DNA of 34,469 bases from Nemertoderma westbladi (Eukaryota > Animalia > Xenacoelomorpha). The stretch spans positions 1-34,469 of the forward strand of contig JAUCBJ010003830.1 of NCBI GenBank assembly GCA_032718475.1, in the 5' to 3' direction. Below, piece by piece: positions 19,651 to 30,403 of this stretch; position 1 is the first letter of the stretch; each line of letters starts with the position of its first letter. The notes under the pieces were generated by a model, which had not been told where the DNA came from, did not search any database, and saw only the letters and a program-made list of their open reading frames with translations. The translations under genes were made by a program, and so were the position numbers.

Positions 19651-20310
19651 ATGCCGAAAGCTAGCCATCCTTGGTCTCCATGGTTACCAATAGACCACAC
19701 GTGGTATTACCATAGAAACGAGGCGCCACCATTGGCAATCCGAGAGAACACGACTGCAGGGGAAATCATGACATATATCTACCGACACACTGGCAACAAT
19801 AATGTTCTAGAACTTTCGCAACGATATGACGCTTCTACCTACAGAATACCGCTGGATTCCTAAACAAATCGAGGCGAAAATATAAAACGACAACCGACAC
19901 CAGACGCGCGACTATGGGGTTTATTTCGACGAGAAGTTTGGGAAGTTTAAATCCTACGGAGATATGCGGCAGCATCTGTCTGCGAACCACATCGAGTGGG
20001 TGAGTGACACAGCTGGACGAGGTACCCGGCCCTACACGTCGGTTTACCGGAGGAGTTTCAACCGAGTCTCGTCTGTAACCCCGGATACAACCGCGGGGAT
20101 ATCGCTTGATATCCCTCCTGTATTCCGGGTCGCCACCTCGGAATCATTCCGACCCCACTCCCGCTTCCCCCGTGTCTACCCGACCCCGTAGTCAGGGCGA
20201 CTGATCGCTCGAAATATATCCGGGTTGGTATTACAGCTCCTGATTCCGGTTCATTTAGGACTCCTCTTCGCTCCCTCGCTTTGGCACAGGAACCGTTCCA
20301 GAAACCCAAT
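19651..20310 (+). pseudogene. Disrupted orphan ORF
   Basis: GC-elevated segment starting at ATG 19651. Protein-like text continues across a frame change and a stop (..WIPKQIEAKI*NDNRHQTRDYGVYFDEKFGKFKSYGDMRQHL..). Confidence 0.35.
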
Positions 20311-20387
20311 AACTGGCGATATTCAAACTGAGGCGTTAAAATATAATAGGATTTATTTGTATATTATTAGGTAATAAAGAAGTTTAA

Positions 20388-20771
20388 TTAACAATTAATT
20401 TGTTTAATTATATCAGCTGATTTTGAAAAGCCCAAATTTTGCTCTCGGACCTCCTCCGACGTTCTCAAAATGTTTCTATAAAATATATTAGGTAATATTA
20501 GGCAGACAACAACTGATACGGATGTTGAAATATTTAAGGCAACACTTATGACCTTAACTAAGGTTGATTTATATGCAACCGGCCCCTCCTGGTCTAACAG
20601 CAAGTTAAGTAAATAAAGTTAAGTTATTTCAACTATAATTTATTAATATATTGTAAATATTAACCAAACATAAACCAATAACCCATAACCATCACACATA
20701 TAAACTGGTAACATATACAGTAGCAGAATAGCCAAGATTCAGTCTCTTCTAAAACTTATTGGGAATTCAAA
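20388..20771 (-). pseudogene. Possible class C GPCR TM6/TM7 exon remnants
   Basis: AG acceptors before 20771 and 20593. IPNKF/EETES followed by a hydrophobic stretch, then VISVALNISTSVSVVVCLILPNIFY, loosely resembling the P..FNE and TM7 ..PK.Y motifs. Confidence 0.3.
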
Positions 20772-21017
20772 CTGTAAAATAAATAATAAAAACGTTAAAG
20801 TAAATTATTTTATAGTAAAAAACTATATTTATTCCGGAACTCATTATTATTAATCAGGAACTTTTCAATCAAATATATTATTATATTTTATTTATATTTT
20901 AATATTTTTTATAATTAATTTTTTACATTATATATTTTATAATTAAATGTAAAAGTTAGTTTTCAACGCAACTCTATTGAAATTATTTAGTAATTTTATA
21001 TAAAACTTACAGTTTTA

Positions 21018-21674
21018 CTAAATCAAAATCTTCATTTCAACTCGAGAAGCCGGATTCCATTCAGTAAAAGAACCCCAACAAGGTCCTTTCTTATCCCCCG
21101 CACCATATTCTCCGTTCAAGTTACTGTACCCGCAGCGCCTGTACCACCACGACCCAGTACGTTCTACGGCGCAGTTGGAGCCCCACCCGTCATTATCGCG
21201 GTCTTTGGTAGAGAATGGATACCCGTTGGAATACTCCAATGAGTCACCAGCAGTACCATGGTAACCGGATACATTTAGGCGATAATTAGTTGCAGCTGAT
21301 CCGACAGAGAAGTTGTTGTATTCCGCGTATTTGTGTTCGTTGTTGTAATCCACCCTCTCCCATCTATCATCACCACCACCACCTTTATATCCCTTTCCAG
21401 TGAACCACAAATCGACTCTCAACTTCACCCCGCCTTTACTCACATTGTGGATCGTCTCCAACCCCAACCAAAAGTTGGTATTCGGGTCGCCAAATCCTTC
21501 AACATATTCATCCCAGTTGCGATAGAAGTCAACAGATCCATCAACTCTTTGTTGAATCTTTAGCCCATCTTTCTGCTTTATTAGCCGAGGAGCCATTAGC
21601 TGATACTGTGTAATGGATGAATTCACTATCTCTGTATCATGTAACATGGAAACGAACTCTTTCAACTCTGTAAC
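21018..21674 (-). CDS. Terminal exon of a fibrinogen-related domain (FReD/FBG) protein, ficolin/angiopoietin/tenascin-like
   Basis: IQQRVDGSVDFYRNWDEYVEGFG, FWLGLE.IH, LRVDL, AEY..F.V, YRL.VSGY.GTAGDSL, FSTKDRDND, NCA, WWY..C..SNLNG. In-frame splice acceptor TTCCTAACAG|GTTACAGAG at 21674; the ORF-track start is not a true ATG. Confidence 0.92.
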   Translation of the reverse strand, partial: VTELKEFVSMLHDTEIVNSSITQYQLMAPRLIKQKDGLKIQQRVDGSVDFYRNWDEYVEGFGDPNTNFWLGLETIHNVSKGGVKLRVDLWFTGKGYKGGGGDDRWERVDYNNEHKYAEYNNFSVGSAATNYRLNVSGYHGTAGDSLEYSNGYPFSTKDRDNDGWGSNCAVERTGSWWYRRCGYSNLNGEYGAGDKKGPCWGSFTEWNPASRVEMKILI

Positions 21675-22306
21675 CTGTTAGGAAATATTATTAATTGAAA
21701 TTGTTTATTAAATTCTGTAAATCCTCTGCACACATCTGATCAGTGGTTGCGTTGGAGTTCTCTAGGGAAATCATTAAACGCCGGCATTTCGACCCAACAT
21801 ATAGAGCAATTAAATACTAACTATATTACGTCGTTGCCCATAAAATAGCACATTATAGCGTTACGGCACGAGTGATTTTGTTTAGTGAAATAATAAAACG
21901 AGGGCCGTAAAAGATTTAATGTGGTAATTAGGAACAATGGCGAATCTAATATTATTTATTTGTGGGAAATTATTTGTAGTTTTGCACTTAAAACTTTCTA
22001 TAACAACCTAATAATGACGCGGTGACGTACTGGATATACTGAAATACATAGTAAATGTATGGCGTAGGGACATACTGAGAAATAATGTCGCACTCCGATA
22101 TAAAGTTAGGAAATATGTCGTCCTGGCGATTTGGTAGTGCGAAATTAATTCCACACAAATAAATAAAAACATAATAATAAAACTGAAGGACTTCAACACG
22201 GCAAATAATTATGTTACAAATGATTACTGGTTAAGAAACTAACATTGTTCTTTAGCTCATTATTTACATCGACTTGGTTAGTTAGCTTTGTATTTATATC
22301 GTTTAC

Positions 22307-22348
22307 TTGGTCATTCAACCGAGTAATATTTCCCTTCAACTCTGTAAC
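22307..22348 (-). CDS. FReD gene micro-exon (42 nt, VTELKGNITRLNDQ)
   Basis: CAG acceptor and GT donor, phase 0-0, heptad-like peptide, same start as the terminal exon. Confidence 0.7.
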
Positions 22349-22526
22349 CTGCGTTAGGAAATATTTTTATAAATTTTTATTAATTCAACTCGCTTACAAT
22401 ATCTATGAAGTCGTATGAAGTTAAATTTAACAAATAATTATGTTACAAATAATTACTGGTTAAGAAACTAACATCGTTCTTTAGCTCATTGAGTTGGTTA
22501 GTTAGGTTTGTATTTAAACCTTCTAC

Positions 22527-22589
22527 TTGGTCATTCAACCGAGTAATATTTCCCTCCAACTCTGTATTTTGTTCTTCCGGCTCTGTAAC
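22527..22589 (-). CDS. FReD gene micro-exon (63 nt, VTEPEEQNTELEGNITRLNDQ)
   Basis: TTCCTAACAG acceptor and GT donor, phase 0-0; paralogous to the 42-nt exon. Confidence 0.7.
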
Positions 22590-22711
22590 CTGTTAGGAAA
22601 TATTTTTATAACTTTTATAAATTGAACTCAACTTTGTCACCACTTACAATATCTATGAAATCGCATGAAATTACATTTAAAATAATAATTTAAAATAACT
22701 AATAAACTTAC

Positions 22712-22741
22712 ATTAATGGCTCCACATTGTCCATCATTTGC
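22712..22741 (-). CDS. Probable FReD gene micro-exon (30 nt, ANDGQCGAIN)
   Basis: TTACAG acceptor and perfect GTAAGT donor, phase 0-0. Confidence 0.55.
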
Positions 22742-23011
22742 CTGTAATAATAAATAAATTATAAATAGCTCTGCCGTACAATGTAAAAAGACCGTAAGTG
22801 GCATTTTTTCAAAATTCACTTTTTCTGGGTCTAAAAAATGCGCTCTATCTAATGGTATAATCGAGAACACCGTATCCACTATACATAGTTGTCGAGATAT
22901 GCAATGTAGAAAGGCCGTAAGTCACAACATGTGTATAGTGTTACAAAGGAAAAAGACCGCAACTATTTAAATTACAAAAACGGTATATGTAATAACAATA
23001 CAATGTAGTAA

Positions 23012-23373
23012 CTTACAATGTAGTAACCAATGCCAATATATTCCTATACAGTACAGGTAGGCCACGTACTCTCTTACAATGTAGTAACCAATGCCAATAT
23101 ATTCCTATACAGTACAGGTAGGCCACTTTGTACTCTCTTACAATGTAGTAACCAATGCCAATATATTCCTATACAGTACAGGTAGGCCACTTTGTCCTTC
23201 TTACAATGTAGTAACCAATGCCAATATATTCCTATACAGTACAGGTAGGCCACTTTGTCCTTCTTACAATGTAGTAACCAATGCCAATATATTCCTATAC
23301 AGTACAGGTAGGCCACTTTGTCCTTCTTACAATGTAGTAACCAATGCCAATATATTCCTATACAGTACAGGTA
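23012..23373. repeat. 63/64-bp satellite, left part (about 6 monomers)
   Basis: Tandem TTACAATGTAGTAACCAATGCCAATATATTCCTATACAGTACAGGTAGGCCACTTTGT(CCTTC/ACTCTC). Confidence 0.97.
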
Positions 23374-24719
23374 CCCAGTGAAAAATGTTAGTGCGTTTCA
23401 AATGCGTTGCGCGCTCTAAGTGCGATAAATATGCGTAGTGGTTTTTAGAAACTTCACCTAAGTGTGAAGCAAGTGGGTATTCAATGCGTAGTTACTACAA
23501 TTTATTATCATGTGGAACATGTGTGTAACATGTTTGAGTTTTTATGATAATATGTGTGATAGTAAAGTGCGTTCCAGGTGAGTTTAAAGCGTCTCTATAA
23601 CTATGTAATATGTCTGTATGTGTGTTGGAAATTGAGACCCACATGGGTTTAAACTGTTACAATTTACAGTATATGTTACACAGTACAATGCTTCCATAGG
23701 CCTGACATTACTGTAGGGCCTATAGCTGTATGTCACACCACAGCACCAGACATGTTAGAAACTGCCCTCCTGCTGACATGACAGACTGCCATTATGCCTG
23801 GATGTGTCTCTTACCCTTCTGCCCTTACCCTACTGGCAGACTGGCTACTGCTGTACTGCCAGAGTGCCGTATCAGCTTACTGACTTGTTTACACTTACTG
23901 ACTTCTGGACTTACAGTCTGACAGTACACAGTACTGCCAGACTACAGTCTGGCAGTCAGGCAGTACGGTAGCCTAAGTCAGTAAGTAACAGGCTGACATA
24001 CCTTCCTGCCTTCTGTTTAATTGTATTAGGCCTACTGCAGTACTGTATTACAGTAATCCTATAATCTGTTAGGCCTAATACAGTAATACAGTAATCAGGT
24101 AATAGTGTTGTACTGGCAGACTGGCTTCCGGTCAGCAGGCAGCAGCGTACCGTACTACCGGCTGACCGGTCAGCCGGAAGTTGTAAATTCAACTCTAAAA
24201 TGGCAGGAGGCGCAGAAGGCCCCCAAGACGTGACATAAGGGGTGTTTTTATTGTTTTTATGGATGTAACTCAAAAAATTAACCGTCATTACCGGTACCGA
24301 TGGAATAAAAACTTTCACCGACGGGCAGACGGGAACACTTTTTTTAAAACATTTTAAGTGATTACATTTGCAAATTAGATGAAATACTACGGGTATTTAT
24401 TAGATGTAGGCCTATTTAATTACAGAATTACCGCTGAATGTCATATGTCATAATTCAGTTAGGTACAATGGCAAAATCTGGCACCCTCAAAAGTTGCCAC
24501 ATATGGCAATGTATATTGCCAAATCTGGCAACTTTTGGTTTTTCTAATTTTCGCACGCCCAGAAGCAAAATGGCATTTTGGAATTTTACAGTACATTGAT
24601 TTAAAAAACCTAGGTGCTCAAGTTTCCGATTATGATTAGTTTACCTGAGTCGGGGGTCGCTGTTTGACAGTCTTTTTATATTCAGATATTATATAGATCC
24701 CTTTTTTTAAATACTGGTA

Positions 24720-26430
24720 ATGGCTTCACGCTCTCAGGCATTCAGAAAGAGAAAAAGGGAGGTTGATGTTGAAATATGTGAAGCTTTAAATTCCACAAAC
24801 AAAATCGGCAAGAACAGCATTCCTGTGCCTACTGCTATTTCTACTACTGATGTTGCTGTAACTTCTGAAAATGATATATTAGCAGGTAGTGATAGTTTCG
24901 AAGTTTCTGAAGATCAAGAAAGTCTTCCAAAAAATAATGATACTTCTCGTAGTAGTCTCAGTGACATTAATGATTCTGATTCGTCTGATTGTGACAGTGA
25001 CTTTAATTCTGATTTTAACTTGTATCAGGATGATGTTGAAATTGAAAATATGTGCTCCAAAACTAAAGGAATATGTTGTACATTACTAAAGTGGCTTTCT
25101 AAAAATAGTTCAGTGTCTGAACGATGTTTTTCTGAACTTCTCGTCATTTTAAAAGATGCAGGTCATCCCTTACTACCATCAACTGCACGAACTCTTAGAG
25201 TCCATCACATGATTAAGGGTCGCACTGCACAGGTATACGCATGCGCCGGTGGTTGCATGATGTTTTGTGGTATACCTGATGATTATTATGAACTTCCTAT
25301 CATAATCAACATTGATGGAACTCCATTGACAAAGTCGTCAAATACTTCATTCTGGCCAATTTTAGGTGCAGTGTTCAACAGACTAGATATTCCTGTGTTT
25401 GTCATTGCTCTTTGGGCAGGTAGACTCACAAAGCCTCAAAATGTTTCAGAATATTTAAAAGAGTTTGTCGATTATATTGTTCACAATAACTTAACCATCA
25501 AACTATTGATTGGGGATATACCTGCACGAAGTATGCTTTTAGGAATTAAGGGGCACTCAGGTTATTCTGCCTGTAATTATTGTACTATATATGGTGCTCG
25601 AAATGAAGAAAATTCGAAGAATATATTTCCAGGAGTTGGGTTTGCTTCTAGAAAAGATGCTGACTACTTAACCATTACAGACTCAGAACATCAAAGAATA
25701 TGTATTTCGAATTTGATTGAGTTATTCTATATGAATTTCTACCAACACGCTATTTTACTCACTTAATGTCTCTCCACATAGCATTAAGAATTTTAGTTTC
25801 CCCCACTCTGTCAGGTGACATACTTTATACTGTTATACGAATTATGCCAAACAGCTTATTCTAAAATTTCATGAAAATACCGCAGATTTATATTCATCAT
25901 CTATGTATACATTTAACTTCCATTTACTCACCCATTTAGTCGACTTTGTCTTACTCTACGGACCATTAGATGCTTGGAGTGCATTTAGGTTTGAGTCCTA
26001 TATGTCTATTCTGAAAAAGCGTTCAAAATCTAAACGCTTAGATTTGTTACTCCAGGAAGCTGCAGGAAAGTATTTAAGTGATACATCTATGCTACTTGAA
26101 GCTTCTGGCAGTGCAGATACTGAGTCATCTTTTAAGCACTCATATCCTGTGAAAAAAGGATCTTGCATAATGTTTGATAAAACAATTTTACTTATTGATT
26201 CTGTATCTAGCAACTGTGATTCCGACTCCATTACAGTTAATGCATACGAACTTAAACTAGTAGCTAATATCTTTGTTCTACCGTGTGTAAGTAGTGGATA
26301 TGGTGAAGGGTTTTACCAGCCCAGCTCGAAACATTCTAAATTTTGCTTAGATAAATATAAATGGTGCATATGTTTTCCAACAATGTATAAAGGGTACAAT
26401 GTTTTCTATGTAACAGTTTTGTGTAACTGA
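24720..26430 (+). pseudogene. EnSpm/CACTA-type (Transposase_21-like) transposase with frameshifts and probable internal deletion
   Basis: LP.TARTL, NIDGTPL.KSS...FWPILG, GDIPAR, GHSGYSAC.YC...G, then FNFHLLTHL..V..YGPL..WSAFRFES. The usual D.MH and WKA.E motifs between them are absent, and 25700-25900 needs two frame changes. Confidence 0.85.
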
Positions 26431-26594
26431 ATGTTCTAACTTAACTAACTAAATGTTCTAACTTAACTAACTTAATGTTCTAACTTAACTAACATCTTTT
26501 TAATGTTCCAACTTGGTTTAACTTCATGTTCAGTGTTCAGTTCATGTTATGGTCAGTTCTTTAAAGTACAGTCAATCCTTTGTTTCATACTAAA

Positions 26595-27750
26595 ATGGAT
26601 ACCGGTAACTATGAAGATGTAATTGTCTATTGTAGGGACGATAGTAGCTTTTTCTCCGTATCATTGCCTGGTGATGTTAAAGACTATGATCCAGACTCCC
26701 CTAAGGTTGATGGAGGTGAATATATGGTGATATATGACGGTCAATATTGCAAGTGTCAAGTACTTACTCACGGATTTCTCGGGGAAGAAGAGTTTATTGT
26801 AATTCTTAAGAAAGCACGGGAAATGAAGTCTCATGGGCATAATTTTAAAACTATCTTTAACTCAACACCGCGTGTTGTAGTTCGTGGTTTGGATTCTCGC
26901 AAGCGCCTCCACTTTGTTTCTTACAAGAAGCTCGGACCGCCAGTGCCTTCTTCGGATGATGAGTCTAACATAGTCAAGAGGCGACATATTCAGTCGCAGG
27001 TTGGTCCAACTCAGGTTGGCCCTACCCAAGATATGCCCATTTCAAGCGGTGGCTCTCAGAATGACTTGCGATCTGACGCAGTTCCAATTACCCCTCCTGG
27101 TCCCTATGGTCAGTCAGTTTCTACCCCTTCTTGTAAAGAAAATGATTTATCGTCAATGGTTTTAAAAAGGAATGCTACTACCGGTACTTCCACCTCCACA
27201 CCCTACAATATTGAAGCTCTTACAGAAAGGGAGCTAATTGAAGCAGTTTTTAAGCTGCAGAAGAATAACAGATCATCTTTATTGGAACAGGGCGCAAAGA
27301 TAAGTTCATTAAAACGTGATGTGAAGACGTTAGCTGCTGCCGTCGTAAACACTGTTACCGGTAACTCTGGTGTGTCTGCCACGCCCTGTCCAGGTACCAC
27401 CCGTTCCTTTGAATTCCAAAAGGCATCTAATAAAGATGATATGGAGATGATACTGAAACAACCACATATTTTGGAGTATCTCAAGCTACAAGGAGCTACT
27501 GCGGAATTGTATCTCACGACAACTTGAGTGTTTAATGACCAAAGAATTTGCGAAATCCACTAGCTACACTGGCAGGTCTACGATAAAAGGCGTCGAACGC
27601 AACTCACTTGTCTGCTTGTTGACATGGGCGTTGTAGCACTTTTAAAGAAGGCTAACTGCGATCAACAGGAGTACACAGTCAGCAATCTCGAGAAATATAT
27701 CAAGTTGGCCCTACATTCCTATGTGGATACAAGGCGATCCAGTAAGTACA
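26595..27750 (+). pseudogene. Second transposon ORF, DUF4806-like C-terminus, frameshifted
   Basis: About 310-aa open frame with a disordered middle and a coiled coil, continuing in another frame as ECLMTKEFAKSTSYTGR, which resembles the accessory ORFs of animal EnSpm elements. Confidence 0.5.
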
Positions 27751-30050
27751 TAATTGAATAATCCATTATTATTTTATTTTATATTATATTAAATATTATA
27801 TATTAAATATTATTCTATATTTTATATTTCCTTCTATTGAATTATTATGGTGATGAAGTTGGAAATGTGGCAAGGTTGATGTGTGGACTTTGCGCTGCAC
27901 GTGAAGATTACCAAAACGAAAATACCCTAATACCCGTATGAAGTTTCCCAGGCGGTTTTGGAAGTTGGTAGAAAACACCACAGTTGCCTAATGATAGTGA
28001 ATGGTTCAAACTTCTTTCTGATTTATATAATTTTTCGTTGGCAAATTAACTGGATGTCCACTTCACATGGGCATCTAGTCAGTCCATTAATTAAAATTAC
28101 CACCAATGTAGTCTAATCAAGAAATAAATCGAAATCAACAGAATAAACTTCGAGATCATTGATTGGATATTTTTTTATATCCGGTCCGCGAATGTACTGT
28201 AAAGTATTTATTTTTAACTTTCTTTTAACTTCACTTTTACAAACAAAGCGGGTTATCGGTATTTTAAAGAAAATAATTGTTTTAATATTTTTTTTCCAGA
28301 AAAGGATTACAAGGGGGGCGTTGGAGTCGAAGGTGAAGGTTGGGATGGCCGTTCAACGCCGCAGGAGCTCTATAGCTCAGATATGGAGGAGATGGAACGC
28401 TTAAACGCGCAAGAACGTGTGCAGGAAGAGTGATCCTGGGTTGGACTTGGACTATACCTGGACCTATGGGTCGTGATTATATCTGCATGGTGCAGTATAT
28501 GCATTATACATTCATGCATCAAGACATATATGGAACATATTTGTATCTACATATACATTTACATGTATATATACGCATCGTCTAATGCGACTTAATAACT
28601 TTGTTGTAAACAACTCCGGTTTATTATACTTCCTTTAGATATTGATGGAATATCTCATAAATAGAATGCCTGAATCTTATAAAACGAATCTGTATATAAT
28701 ACAAAAAAGGTGTACAGAGGTACTCCTTGATGTAATACCATCATTGTGTTTGTTGTTTTAAAGAAAAAAAATGATATTTATGTATAAAAATTTTACATTT
28801 GCGGTTTATAATATCGAACAAAATATGTATCATAATGATAAAACATGAGTAATAAATTGTGGCTACTATTAATATGTAACACTATACATGTGTCCATGGT
28901 ATACATAAAATATACGATATAAAAGTGGGTATAACAATTATTATTCGCTCGGTAAACGAAATTATTACAAATACAAATTTGGTGTGCTAAGTACAGGAGT
29001 AATAAGGAAGTTGTGTAATGTGTAACACCAATAGGGCCTAGGGAATAAATTAAATTCAAGGTATTTTACATTAAAAACACGTCTTGTTCTTATTAGACAT
29101 CACTTGGTTAATCAGAATATATACAGTAGCTATATATTCAGGGCATTGGATATAATCTAAAATGATAAACCACCTAAGTATTGAATATAAAATACAATAT
29201 ATAAATACGTTTTCCTGAGTTTTTTCTATGAGTACTTTTATTCTCACTTACTTAGTACTTTAATTTCTGCTTAAATAAATAATAATTAATTATAATATGA
29301 TTTTGTTCAGAAAATATAAAAAACCCAAATTCATTTCAACTCCAATTAATTTCATAAATAAATAAGTAAGAGTATTAATATACTGGTCAATACTGCGGTC
29401 ACCACCTAGGGCTTTACTCACAAAGTCTGACAACTTATACCACATATTATAATGCGATTAATCTATATGGATGCGCAGTAGCAATATGGTAGACTTATTC
29501 AGTAGATTTGTTTCTACAGTAGGTAGAAATTAGTACAATACAGTAGACATTTATCGTGTATATTCCAAACCAATAAGTAATAATAGTGCGAGGAGAATTA
29601 TTTGCAATCCGTTTAGTAATAATATATATACAATTATTCCACTGTGTATCATTGTATATGTTAGGAGTCTACAGTATATAGGAATGCCCTGAAATTATCA
29701 TTTTGGAGCATACCAAGTTAACTATCGTTAATTTGGACCTAGACTATACTTGGACTTGCTATACTGGACTTGGACTATACTATGAAGTCCTGTTTTGGTC
29801 TTAATATTCGATTTACGTAAAATAAAAAACATTGCCGAAATGGCCCATCAGTGCCACCATAAAAAATACTAAGGTATAAAAAATTACCGGTATACGAAAC
29901 AGTGAATTATTAATAATAAATAGTCTATATTATGGTGAAATATAAAATGATAGTATTAAAACAATGAATTAATATTTTTAAGTGTGTACTTTGACCGTAA
30001 ACTGTACTAAACCCATGCGAGTCCTATGCGTATTTTGTGTGGTATTCGTG

Positions 30051-30240
30051 TGTAATTCCACAGTGTGCACAAGATAACTATCATATGCGAATATCATGTG
30101 AATCTTCTGCGATATAACGCACATTAGCGCGTTAAAAGCATGTAATTCCACAGTGTGCACAAGACAACTATCACATACGAATTACATGTGAATCATGTGA
30201 GATGCAACGCACATTAATGTGTAGAAAGTGAGTAGTTCCA
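30051..30240. repeat. Subterminal 90-bp direct repeats of the EnSpm element
   Basis: TGTAATTCCACAGTGTGCACAAGA.AACTATCA at 30051 and 30141. Confidence 0.75.
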
Positions 30241-30403
30241 CATTTACAATATTATGTGCGAATTATGTGTTTATCTTGGGGGATATAACGCACTTAAGTG
30301 CGTAACTACAAAGTGGGTTGCGCGTATGTTTACGTGTTTCATATGAAGCCCTTTTACGCATGTGTACAACAGAGTGCGTTTCGCACTTACATGATTCACT
30401 GGG

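Larger units (their letters stand above)
23374..30403 (+). mobile_element. CMC/EnSpm-superfamily DNA transposon, defective
   Basis: TIRs CCCAGTGAAAAATGTTAGTGCG and (reverse complement) CCCAGTGAATCATGTAAGTGCG; TA duplication at 23372-23373 and 30404-30405 inside one satellite monomer; internal EnSpm-type transposase. Confidence 0.92.

Noticed and set aside
23690-24170. ORFs at 23730-23921 and 23956-24318
   Set aside because: Low-complexity CAGTA/GGCAG-rich sequence inside the transposon with no protein motifs.
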